Source of the DNA: a virus
Taxonomy: Duplodnaviria > Caudoviricetes
Reading direction: 5' to 3' (one strand)
Length of the DNA: 58,398 bases
IMG/VR virus record: IMGVR_UViG_3300022928_000003
Location: 1-58,398 of that record
Position 1 is the stretch's first letter. Each line of letters starts with the position of its first letter. The notes beneath the pieces were generated by a model, which made no database searches, was not told the DNA's origin, and was given only the letters and a program-made list of their open reading frames with translations. The position numbers and the translations under genes are program-made. Positions 47,338 through 56,586 of the stretch are shown piece by piece.

Positions 47338-49314
47338 TTATCCTGTTACATCTATTATTTCAATTCCACCAGATTCACCTATTGAAATTCTGTTTTGATA
47401 TTGTTTTGGAGTCGATTTTTTTAAAACATCTAACAATATTTCTTGAGTTCTTGTATAATTATCATCATTAGTGTGAAATCTTCTATCGTTTAATTGGTCA
47501 AACAAAGATTTAACTCTATTCATAGGAACAGCAAACATTTTCTTCAATTCGTTTAATCTCATTATTCTTTCATTTGGATTAGTTGCTAAATCAATTCTTC
47601 CAACTTGTTTTTCTAAATTTTTAAAGTCTACATTAGAAATACCATTTCCTGTTTCTTGACTTAAAAATCTTTTAAATTGAGCAAGTAATCTATCTTGAAC
47701 AGCTTTTGCTCCAGCCTCTTTAGAGATACCTTTCATCACAACTTTGTCTCCGTTAGCATCTACATATGTTTGATCTTCAAACAACTCTTCACCTTTTACA
47801 CCTAACGTAGTTAATAGACCTTTTGCTCTTTCTGTTAAAAGATAAGCTGCTGGTGATCCCGCTTGAGCTATTTCTTTATTTACGTTTAATAAATAATCTA
47901 TCGAATCGTTTGCTTGTAATAAATTTCCATATCCATCTGCTAAACCTCTAGCTGACGATGTTGGGTTTAATATTTTTTCATTTCCGTTTTGGTCAAATCC
48001 AAATTGAACTTCTACACCTTTTAATCCTTGAACTTGTTGACTAATGCTTTTCTTTAAATTAAGTTTTCCATCTTTTATAGCTTTTGCTCTAGCATTTATC
48101 ATAGCGACATCAAGATCATTTTTGTCTTTCATTGCTTGTATTATATATTTTCCTTGTTGATCTCTTGTTTCTTTACCTAATGCGTTGAGAGCTGTTCTTT
48201 TTTCTTTCAAAAAAGCTGCTTTTGCAACTGTGTCAGCTTTAATTTCTTGTAAAGCAAACTTACCAGCAGCAACTTGACCAGCTCTAGCCTCTTGTCTAGC
48301 TTTCTCAAACAATGGCAGAGCTTTTTGACCCGCTTCTCCTGCTGCTCCTATGATATTAGATAAGTTAAAACCTTTACCTGCTCTGTTTTGCATCAGAGAC
48401 AAGCCTAAAGACATTAGAGCCAGTTTGTTATCAGGCTCTCCCGATACATCTATACCCGTAGCTTTAGCAAAATCTTCTTTATATTGTTCTATTGTTTTAG
48501 CACCAGAGGGTTTTTTATCATCTCCATATATAGAATTAAAATCTTCCATAGCACTTTTAAATAAACTTTGTTGTGCTTGTGCTAATTTTTCTGCTTCAGA
48601 TAAAACAGGCTCTCTCATTTCAGGTGTAATGACTTCCATCTCAGCACCCTCTTGAGACATGTCTCCTAATTGAGTGTTTTCTATTATCTTTTGTTGCATT
48701 TCTGCAATACGAGCATCCGCCTCTGGATCTGAAAATTGTCCTTTTGGATCTATAGTTTCTTCTTCACCGCTAACAACTTGATCTCCAGATTTATCAGCTC
48801 CAAAAGAATCTACTCCTATGTTTGCTTTGTCTGCTTTATTAGAAAGTTTTGCAAGTCTTTTTGCAACTTCATCTCTTGTCTCTAATGATTGACCTATAAC
48901 TGGTTCAGAAGCTATTTTGCTTTTAGGTAATCCTAATTCCATACCTGAAGTATCTCTAGCAATTCTTTCAGCAATTTTTTTACGACCAGTTTCAGTTAAT
49001 GTTGGATCAAAAGCAGCTTCTGTAATTGTTGAAACTCCTGCATCTATTGGAGATATAATTGATTTATAAACATCAGCAAGAGATGCAGGAATATTTAAAG
49101 CACCTTCAGCTAGACCTAATCCAGCAGCACCAATTGGTGTTTCTCCCTTACCCAAATCAAATCTTCTAAATCCAAGACCGCTAAACATATCAGTTTTGTC
49201 ATCATACGATTTATCAAGATTAGTTAAAAACCTATTTCCAATTGACCTACCAGGCACTAGTCGATCTATAGCTTTTTGTCTATATGCTTGTAATGCGTCT
49301 TCTATACCAGCCAT
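47338..49314 (-). CDS. Internal virion/ejection protein
   Basis: 658 aa, helical, LMSLGLSLM segment. Confidence 0.55.
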   Translation of the reverse strand: MAGIEDALQAYRQKAIDRLVPGRSIGNRFLTNLDKSYDDKTDMFSGLGFRRFDLGKGETPIGAAGLGLAEGALNIPASLADVYKSIISPIDAGVSTITEAAFDPTLTETGRKKIAERIARDTSGMELGLPKSKIASEPVIGQSLETRDEVAKRLAKLSNKADKANIGVDSFGADKSGDQVVSGEEETIDPKGQFSDPEADARIAEMQQKIIENTQLGDMSQEGAEMEVITPEMREPVLSEAEKLAQAQQSLFKSAMEDFNSIYGDDKKPSGAKTIEQYKEDFAKATGIDVSGEPDNKLALMSLGLSLMQNRAGKGFNLSNIIGAAGEAGQKALPLFEKARQEARAGQVAAGKFALQEIKADTVAKAAFLKEKRTALNALGKETRDQQGKYIIQAMKDKNDLDVAMINARAKAIKDGKLNLKKSISQQVQGLKGVEVQFGFDQNGNEKILNPTSSARGLADGYGNLLQANDSIDYLLNVNKEIAQAGSPAAYLLTERAKGLLTTLGVKGEELFEDQTYVDANGDKVVMKGISKEAGAKAVQDRLLAQFKRFLSQETGNGISNVDFKNLEKQVGRIDLATNPNERIMRLNELKKMFAVPMNRVKSLFDQLNDRRFHTNDDNYTRTQEILLDVLKKSTPKQYQNRISIGESGGIEIIDVTG

Positions 49315-49323
49315 GCCTAACCC

Positions 49324-50328
49324 TTATGAGCTTTTTTGACCACCACCAAAAGGTGCGATCTGTGACAATGTTGTATAAGCACCTATACCTTGTAAAAATG
49401 GATTGGCAGAAGGTGTTGTTGCTTGTGTAAACGTAGATGGAATACTTGCACTTGGCATTCCTTGTAACAAATTCTGACCTATTTGCAATCTTGTAAAAGG
49501 CTCTTGAGCTGCTTGCATTGCATTTTGTCTTTGCGCATCTAATTGAGCTTGTTGTTGCGCTTGTCTCATTGCGCCTAACTGACTTAACTGTGATACATCT
49601 GCTTGACCTAATGCCTGTTGCAAACGCCCTATATCTGATGTTGTACCAGCTAAAGTTCCAAATGCTTGCCCAAGACCGCCAGCTAGTCTTCCTGACTCTA
49701 GTTGAGCTTTTAAACCCGCTCCAGCAGCGTCTTGTGATGCCTTTAATGCTTGACCATAACCAGAAGATAACAATCTTGCTAATGTATCTGCTTTTGTGTT
49801 TTGTAAATTACGTTCTGTTTCTGCTCTTTGAACACCTTGTCTTGATCCACCAAAAGCACCTGCTTGTATAGCTTGAGCATCTGCACCAGCTCTTCTCATA
49901 TCAGCTTGTCTATCAAGCTGTTCCATTGTTCGATCAATGACTTGTTGTTGAAATGGGTCTTGAAACTTTGATATATCTCCAGTTATTTGAGAGACTAAAG
50001 GATCAGTGAATTTAGATGCTTGACCTGGCTGTAACATTCCTAGACCACCTGTCAAAGCCTGTTGAGCAGCTAAACCTTGTTGTGAAGCTCCTTCAATAAA
50101 AGGCTTGTAAGCTCCAGCCATTCCTTCGCCTAAATCTATTGCGTCTTCACGAAGTGGATCCATACCAGCTATTTGATAATCTGGTAAACCTAAAGGAGAA
50201 TCAAGTAATCCTTTAGTTTTTTGTGTGTCACCATCAAACTCACCAAAGCCTGTTTGCAATAATCTTTTTTGCAAACCCTCAAGAAAAGGAGGTAATCGTT
50301 GTATATTTTCATAGGTTTGAGTTGCCAT
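49324..50328 (-). CDS. Internal virion (DNA-pilot-like) protein
   Basis: Q/A/G-rich; PFQQQVI, AGAFGGSRQGV motifs. Confidence 0.6.
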   Translation of the reverse strand: MATQTYENIQRLPPFLEGLQKRLLQTGFGEFDGDTQKTKGLLDSPLGLPDYQIAGMDPLREDAIDLGEGMAGAYKPFIEGASQQGLAAQQALTGGLGMLQPGQASKFTDPLVSQITGDISKFQDPFQQQVIDRTMEQLDRQADMRRAGADAQAIQAGAFGGSRQGVQRAETERNLQNTKADTLARLLSSGYGQALKASQDAAGAGLKAQLESGRLAGGLGQAFGTLAGTTSDIGRLQQALGQADVSQLSQLGAMRQAQQQAQLDAQRQNAMQAAQEPFTRLQIGQNLLQGMPSASIPSTFTQATTPSANPFLQGIGAYTTLSQIAPFGGGQKSS

Positions 50329-51158
50329 TATGCTCTAGCCTCCAATTTATCCATCATATTATAGGCTCTTTGGATACCTTTTCTTTGATTACCATCACCT
50401 AAACCTTTTACTGCATCTTTTGTTAATACAAATTCACCCGCCATAAGCATAGCAGGAACATCATCTTTACGTCCAGAACCTTCGCTTGGATCTATACCAC
50501 CGTTTCTACGAGGAAAACCCATAGGCCCTCCCATATTAGCATATGTTATGCCACCCAATCTTCCGCCAGGTCCTCCATATCCAAAAGGTCTTCTCTCAAA
50601 TTCTGATCTCATATCGTCTTCATCTTCACCGCCAGCTAATAATTGCATAAGCAATCCAGCAGTTAATCCTTGTCCTAAACCTGATCCTAAAAATTTACCT
50701 GTAAGACTATCATCACCTATACCCAACATATTTAAAAAACTACCAGAGTTACCACCACCTGTGGCTACTTTTTTAATGCCTTCAGTTGCTGCGTCAGTTG
50801 CTGTTTTTTCAGACAATCTTTTAACTGCTTCGTTAGCACCTCTATTATCAAGAAAAGCGCCGCTACCTTGACCCATAGTACCAGCTTTTGAAGCTCCAAC
50901 TTGTGTTGCGGTTGATCCAGCTTCTGCGCCACCACCAAACATTGCACCTAAACCACCTGACAACAATCCAGCCATGACAGCATCTTTTGTTTTACCACCA
51001 CCAAGTTTACTTGCTAAAGCTCCTGTCAATGCTCTTGATATAAATGGATTGACAGCAGAAGTACCGAACAATTGTCCTAAACCAGCCCCAACAGAAGGCC
51101 CTGCAAACGCACTTATTGCAATTGGTGCTATTTTTTTAAGTAATTTACCTAAACTCAT
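50328..51158 (-). CDS. Gly-rich internal virion protein
   Basis: C-terminal G.G..DDVPAML..GEFV.TKDAV motif. Confidence 0.6.
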   Translation of the reverse strand: MSLGKLLKKIAPIAISAFAGPSVGAGLGQLFGTSAVNPFISRALTGALASKLGGGKTKDAVMAGLLSGGLGAMFGGGAEAGSTATQVGASKAGTMGQGSGAFLDNRGANEAVKRLSEKTATDAATEGIKKVATGGGNSGSFLNMLGIGDDSLTGKFLGSGLGQGLTAGLLMQLLAGGEDEDDMRSEFERRPFGYGGPGGRLGGITYANMGGPMGFPRRNGGIDPSEGSGRKDDVPAMLMAGEFVLTKDAVKGLGDGNQRKGIQRAYNMMDKLEARA

Positions 51159-51195
51159 ATCAATACATTACCTTATTTTAGATATTTGTTCAATC

Positions 51196-51585
51196 CTATA
51201 TCTGTGTTATCGCACTTGTGGTAATTCTAGTCTTAATTAATTCTTGTATACTAGCTACAACAAGAAGTCTGTTTGCAGTTCCTGCTTGTACTTTTACTAC
51301 ATCTCCTGGTTTCAAAATTAAATCTTTTGTTAACAATTCTTCTGTAGCGTGACCCGCAACGGTTTTTTTAAATATCGTAAATGTATTACTAGAAGAATCT
51401 GTTATAGTAACCGTTATAGTATCACCATTATTGCTATCATCATGCACTAAAATAGAATTTATAACAGAGGCATTAGATTCAGCACCGCTAGGAGCTGTAT
51501 ATAAAACAGTAGCGTCAGTTGTTGTTAAATCAACTTTTGAATTTGTTAAACCTTGTATATATTGAGGAATACTAGTTACTAACAT
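51196..51585 (-). CDS. Virion protein (paralog of 6436..6774)
   Basis: LYTAPS, LILKPGDVVKV. Confidence 0.55.
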   Translation of the reverse strand: MLVTSIPQYIQGLTNSKVDLTTTDATVLYTAPSGAESNASVINSILVHDDSNNGDTITVTITDSSSNTFTIFKKTVAGHATEELLTKDLILKPGDVVKVQAGTANRLLVVASIQELIKTRITTSAITQI

Positions 51586-53720
51586 TAACGTCTACCATCT
51601 TGTCTTATATTAGCCCTTGGTGTACCAAGTTTATATTTAGTGCCTAAAGAAGTTGAATCAATCCGCAAAGCAAAAGATCTACCTCGTAGACGATAATTTA
51701 ATTTTTCTGTGAATTGTTCTACTGGACTAGTTGCAGTTCTTTGTGCATTACCAGATTGTGATTGCAGAAAGTTACCTCCAGAAAAATTCTTAGCCTTAAC
51801 AGTAAAATCTACATCGGGATTAACGCTAGTTGATCCATTAAAAGTAATATCTGGTATAATCTCGCTTAAAAAAACGTACTTTTCTCCCTCACCTATATCT
51901 ACAGGAGCAGATTCAATAAAAGATGTCATTGCAGAGCCATCATCATCGTAACCTACTTCGTGGTTATATAAATATTGACTACCAGTGGCTTGAGGTAAAG
52001 TTCTAATCCCTCTGTCAAGCCATGCTTGACGAGCCATTGTTCCATAGTACCATACTTTTTCTGAATAATTATAAGCAACATATTTATCTATTTCAGTACC
52101 AGCAGATGATGGATAAAACCACAAAATCTCACTAAATTCTGAATTAATACCTGCATGAACTTTATCACGTTCTTCAAAGTTAAAATCTAAAAAAACTTTA
52201 TCTTTTACACTACATGGTAGTTGTATTGTTTGACCACCGCTGTATATATAAAAAGTATCAACACCCATCCAATAGACAGCATCCTCTACCGCAATAGCAG
52301 AAGATGGACTCATAATGGTTATATTCTTTGATAGTTCTTGCAGACCAAAAGTAAATGGAGGTCCTATAAATTTCATAGCGTGTAATGTTTTGTTTGTAAA
52401 AACAAGCAACTGTTGTTTTGTTTCAACAGCTTGAACAAAGGTCGATCCCCCACCAAGTCTTAAATCACCAGCAGTATTCGTTGCAGATGGGAACCAATCC
52501 AGAGGATTTTCTTGAGATGAAAATCTAATTAACAATGGATCTTGCACTCCATCACCTTGAGTTGATGTGTCACTAGCTCCTAGACCATCACACCCAAAAG
52601 CAATAACATGTCTATCTTGGTCGGATACAAGAACTTGTTTAGCCCTTTGTGGAACACTTCTCGGTGTTCCAGGTATAGTGCTTAATTCTACAGCTCTACC
52701 ACTTAAACCATTTGTTTTATCCCAGTAATAAATAGCTCCATCTCTTGGGTTAAGTATTAAATCTTCTCCAAAGTTATCATGTGACCATAACCTAATCTGT
52801 GCGCCAGGAACCGTAATCGATGCTGCACTACCCCATCCTACAAAGTCATCTGTAGAAAGAGTATTACCTGTAGCTAATCTAACCAATGATCCATTGTCAT
52901 GTGTTGCAGCCGTTGTGCCACTATGTCCACGGGTCACTGTCATTGTGTTATCATCCGCAGAAGCCGTAATAAGCATTAACTCGTTATCAATTAAAACAAC
53001 ATCGCCTTCTGTGGTCATGCCTGTCTCATCAACAACATCAACGCCTGTTTCACTTGCATCGAGAGCTTCATTTAATGTTGTGGACAATGCACTACTAGTT
53101 GTTCCACTCCATTGTCCAGCACCCCAACCCGTACCACCAACTGTCACATCAAGACCTGTGTTTAACTGATATGATCCAACAACACTACCACCACCATTTC
53201 CGCTATCAGAGGCATTGGCTGCAATGGCAGAAGTAATTGTGTACGAGTTAGAGCTTACAATGGATGTGATTTGATATTCTTTATTAAGAACGGCAGCTGT
53301 TATATTACCACCTAAACTCACAGCACCAGAAAAAGTTACAAAATCATTTTCGTTAGCACCATGTGCTGGATCTAAAACAGTTATTGTTGTTGAACCATTC
53401 GTGGCTGAAAAAGTTATATCTCCTGCACTGGTTGTGGCTCTAATAGGCGTAATATCATTGAAAGATTGTCCTTCTTCAATGTAATATTTTAATTGCGTTC
53501 CTATACCTAAAAAATCAGAACCATCAAGAGCAACCCAATTATGCAATCGTCTGGCAGAACCTTGAAATGTTTCTGTAGTATGTTTTGCCCAACCACCTAT
53601 CTTTTCTGGAAAACCAAATCTAAATCTTACTTTATCACCATCAACATATCCACCTTCATTACTTTCAGATGTTATGTCTGACACAACTCCTGGTTTAAAT
53701 TTTAGTTTTGTCATAGGCAT
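51585..53720 (-). CDS. Tail tube/nozzle (P22 gp10-like DNA-stabilisation) protein
   Basis: D.DKVRFR.G.PEKIGGW, IRFSSQE, YWMG, EILWFYPS, R.RGR...RI. Confidence 0.7.
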   Translation of the reverse strand: MPMTKLKFKPGVVSDITSESNEGGYVDGDKVRFRFGFPEKIGGWAKHTTETFQGSARRLHNWVALDGSDFLGIGTQLKYYIEEGQSFNDITPIRATTSAGDITFSATNGSTTITVLDPAHGANENDFVTFSGAVSLGGNITAAVLNKEYQITSIVSSNSYTITSAIAANASDSGNGGGSVVGSYQLNTGLDVTVGGTGWGAGQWSGTTSSALSTTLNEALDASETGVDVVDETGMTTEGDVVLIDNELMLITASADDNTMTVTRGHSGTTAATHDNGSLVRLATGNTLSTDDFVGWGSAASITVPGAQIRLWSHDNFGEDLILNPRDGAIYYWDKTNGLSGRAVELSTIPGTPRSVPQRAKQVLVSDQDRHVIAFGCDGLGASDTSTQGDGVQDPLLIRFSSQENPLDWFPSATNTAGDLRLGGGSTFVQAVETKQQLLVFTNKTLHAMKFIGPPFTFGLQELSKNITIMSPSSAIAVEDAVYWMGVDTFYIYSGGQTIQLPCSVKDKVFLDFNFEERDKVHAGINSEFSEILWFYPSSAGTEIDKYVAYNYSEKVWYYGTMARQAWLDRGIRTLPQATGSQYLYNHEVGYDDDGSAMTSFIESAPVDIGEGEKYVFLSEIIPDITFNGSTSVNPDVDFTVKAKNFSGGNFLQSQSGNAQRTATSPVEQFTEKLNYRLRGRSFALRIDSTSLGTKYKLGTPRANIRQDGRR

Positions 53721-54913
53721 TATAAAGCACTCGCAGATAAGGTTCCTGTATACTCTGCCACACTAACGCCTCCAGTGCCATCGTTAACTGGTTTTAATGC
53801 GTAAGGTTGACCACTTCCGTTTGACCCAGATATAGTACCCGTTACGCTAAATGAACCATCTGTTGAATCTCTGTCTACAGTATTTGTAGCACCAGCAGAT
53901 ACTGTTGCACTAAATGGATCACTACCAGTTAAAGTACAAGATATTGCTAAATTGTTCGTAAATATAAATCGTCTACCTGCTGTTGGGCCATTTATGTCTA
54001 TGTTTTTAATTGCGTTAAAAGCACCTCTGCCCTCGTTCATCGCAAAAACTAATTTATCATTATTTACATCTACAAAAGCATAAAAATCAAAAGTGCCTGA
54101 GTTACCATTATTAACACCTTGAATTACATTATTCCATTTCATAAATCTATATGTCTTACTATTTATAGTGTGTGTTGTATTCACACTTGGTCGATTTGCA
54201 GTTCCACCATCAAAAGTACCTGTACCTCCAGTTCCACCCGAAGTTGATGGGCCCATAATACGACCACTTATTTTAGTGCCATCTTCCATAAAAGCATGAG
54301 TGAAAGACATACCAAAATCAGATCTATCTAAATTTGTCATAGCCGTTCCACCAGCGATAGTTGTATAACCCGTTGTGTAGTATGTTCCATGAACTAAAAA
54401 ACCTTCATTAGAATTACTTGAAGGATTTTTAACAGTTGTGTTGCCATCACCAAAAGGACTAAAACCAGGAGGAGCACCCAAAGATGTTCCACTTACATCA
54501 ACATCAACATCTAATAATAGAGTATCAAAAGTATGTGTATCTGTCTGTACAACAACTGTAGAGTTATCCGCCTCACTTATCGTGGTTGTACCAGAGTTTC
54601 CAGTAGAACTTTGTGATGATGTAAATGTTTTTAACGTGGACTGCACATTACCACTTCCTTTAAGTTCTAGTGTTGTACTAGAGTTTGTTGTCAGTGGCGA
54701 TCCACTGGAATTAATTATGTTATTACCATTTGTATCAAGTATTATTTTTTTGTGTGCAGAATCATCATCTAATGTCAAATTACCAGAAATGTTAGTTGTT
54801 AACCTAAAAAACTGTATGGGTAATTTACTTTTAGCTGTTCCAGCTTTGTCGTTTAAATTACCTGCCGAACTTACTTCAGTAAATCCTAAACCTGATATTA
54901 ATGGTATACTCAT
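53720..54913 (-). CDS. Tail-associated beta-rich protein
   Basis: S/T/G-rich 397-aa ORF in the tail module. Confidence 0.5.
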   Translation of the reverse strand: MSIPLISGLGFTEVSSAGNLNDKAGTAKSKLPIQFFRLTTNISGNLTLDDDSAHKKIILDTNGNNIINSSGSPLTTNSSTTLELKGSGNVQSTLKTFTSSQSSTGNSGTTTISEADNSTVVVQTDTHTFDTLLLDVDVDVSGTSLGAPPGFSPFGDGNTTVKNPSSNSNEGFLVHGTYYTTGYTTIAGGTAMTNLDRSDFGMSFTHAFMEDGTKISGRIMGPSTSGGTGGTGTFDGGTANRPSVNTTHTINSKTYRFMKWNNVIQGVNNGNSGTFDFYAFVDVNNDKLVFAMNEGRGAFNAIKNIDINGPTAGRRFIFTNNLAISCTLTGSDPFSATVSAGATNTVDRDSTDGSFSVTGTISGSNGSGQPYALKPVNDGTGGVSVAEYTGTLSASAL

Positions 54914-54920
54914 TTAACAC

Positions 54921-55871
54921 CTAAAATTTTACTGTTTCTGTGAACGAGAACCCAGAACCATTAAATATGCCAATTCCTAATTCAGCACTACTTCCTAAAG
55001 ATATGCCAGATGAAGTAACAGCACCATTATTTGTCCAATCTATTGTCATGCTATTTGCAGAAGTTGTTTTATCAATAATTACATATTGTCCTGCAACTAG
55101 ATTTGTTGTAGCCACTCTCACTGTTTGGCTGCCACTAGAAACTGCAAGAGGTTGATAAACGGATGTGGCTCCACTTGGTGTTACAGTTACAGTTCCTGTA
55201 ACAGATAATGCACTTTTTGCCTCTACTAAGTTTTGATTAAAGTAAGTGCTTAAATCAGTAACAGCCGCCTGAACCATTGTGCCATCATCGTTAAGAACAA
55301 CTCTATCCGCATCAGCTACTGTTGTTGATGTAGCACTTGTGTCTCCATCAACAATATTTAGTTCTGTTGCTGTCGATGTAACACCATCTAATATATTTAA
55401 TTCGGCTGCGGTAGATGTAACAGCAGTACCACCTATTCTTGGTGACGCTATGTCCAAAGCGTCTGTTACATCAATAACTGCTGCTCCAGATCCTGCACCA
55501 TTAGCATAAATAATTTTTTTAGAACCAGCAACAACAGATACATTAGCACCAGAACCTTGTGTAAAAGTTGCTGTTTGGTTTGTCGTATTATGAACTATGT
55601 AAACTTTGTCTTGATCGTTTGGAGATATAGTGATCGTGTTTGTGCCAGAAGGAGACCCTCCTAAAATAAGAACTTTATTACCACCTTCTGATAAAGTACC
55701 ATCATTTGTTGTTAATGTATGTGTTGTGCCAATTAATGATATAGAACCTACACCATTAATAGCTCTGTCTATAATTTCTAAGTTATTATTTGTGGTCGTA
55801 CCCCATGTACCAGCTTGTTCACCAGCACCTATTTTTTCTATACCACTATTTGCTGTATATGTACTTGCCAT
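54921..55871 (-). CDS. Tail fibre-adaptor protein
   Basis: MASTY...GEQAGTWGTTTNNN, T.AELNILDG repeats. Confidence 0.65.
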   Translation of the reverse strand: MASTYTANSGIEKIGAGEQAGTWGTTTNNNLEIIDRAINGVGSISLIGTTHTLTTNDGTLSEGGNKVLILGGSPSGTNTITISPNDQDKVYIVHNTTNQTATFTQGSGANVSVVAGSKKIIYANGAGSGAAVIDVTDALDIASPRIGGTAVTSTAAELNILDGVTSTATELNIVDGDTSATSTTVADADRVVLNDDGTMVQAAVTDLSTYFNQNLVEAKSALSVTGTVTVTPSGATSVYQPLAVSSGSQTVRVATTNLVAGQYVIIDKTTSANSMTIDWTNNGAVTSSGISLGSSAELGIGIFNGSGFSFTETVKF

Positions 55872-55878
55872 GTTTACC

Positions 55879-56361
55879 TCACTCTATTTCTATCTCTGTC
55901 CAACTTTCTGATCCAGAAGGGGTCACTGTTGTCCATGTCTCTGTGCCACTTGGTGTAATGGCTGTGTAAATCTCTGGCGTTGCACCTGCATTTATCTCTT
56001 CAAACAATAAATCCCCAACTGACGCTTGAGAAAAATTTAAATCTTTGGTCGCAACACCTGATCCTATCATAATAGCATTTGATGTTTTTGTAAATGCAGA
56101 CTCTATTTCAGACACACCTAATCTTGCTCTAAGACCAGCTGATGTCATTATGGTGTCGGTGCTTAACTCTGCATTTGCACCTGCACTTATATAAATAGCA
56201 TTTGATGATTGGGTAAAGTTACTGTCTACAGTAGTTACTCCAGACAGTATACCTACACCAACGCTTACAGCAGAAGAAATAGCTGTTTGCTCGGACACAC
56301 CTGCTAATAGAATACTTTGATCCGATATGGAGTATTCAGATAGAGCAGATGCACCTAACAT
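55879..56361 (-). CDS. Tail-associated protein
   Basis: MLG start; C-terminal TPSG.E.WT repeats. Confidence 0.55.
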   Translation of the reverse strand: MLGASALSEYSISDQSILLAGVSEQTAISSAVSVGVGILSGVTTVDSNFTQSSNAIYISAGANAELSTDTIMTSAGLRARLGVSEIESAFTKTSNAIMIGSGVATKDLNFSQASVGDLLFEEINAGATPEIYTAITPSGTETWTTVTPSGSESWTEIEIE

Positions 56362-56585
56362 TAGCTAGCCTTTTCTTCTTTAGGCTCTTCTTCACCTTTA
56401 ACAGATTGTATCAATGAGTTTGTAAAAGCATTTTGAGCCACAGTTACTTGGTCTAATTGAAATTTTAGACTGGCGGCTTTGGTTTGTAAGTCTTTTATCT
56501 GATTGATAAAATAGTTCTGGTCTTGAGATAAGTCTTCTTGATTATACTCTTTACCATCAATAGTGATTACGTTTGTTTTTTCCAT
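56361..56585 (-). CDS. Small coiled-coil tail-fibre accessory protein
   Basis: ITIDGKEY...L..Q...I.DL pattern; follows the fibre gene. Confidence 0.55.
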   Translation of the reverse strand: MEKTNVITIDGKEYNQEDLSQDQNYFINQIKDLQTKAASLKFQLDQVTVAQNAFTNSLIQSVKGEEEPKEEKAS

Positions 56586-56586
56586 T

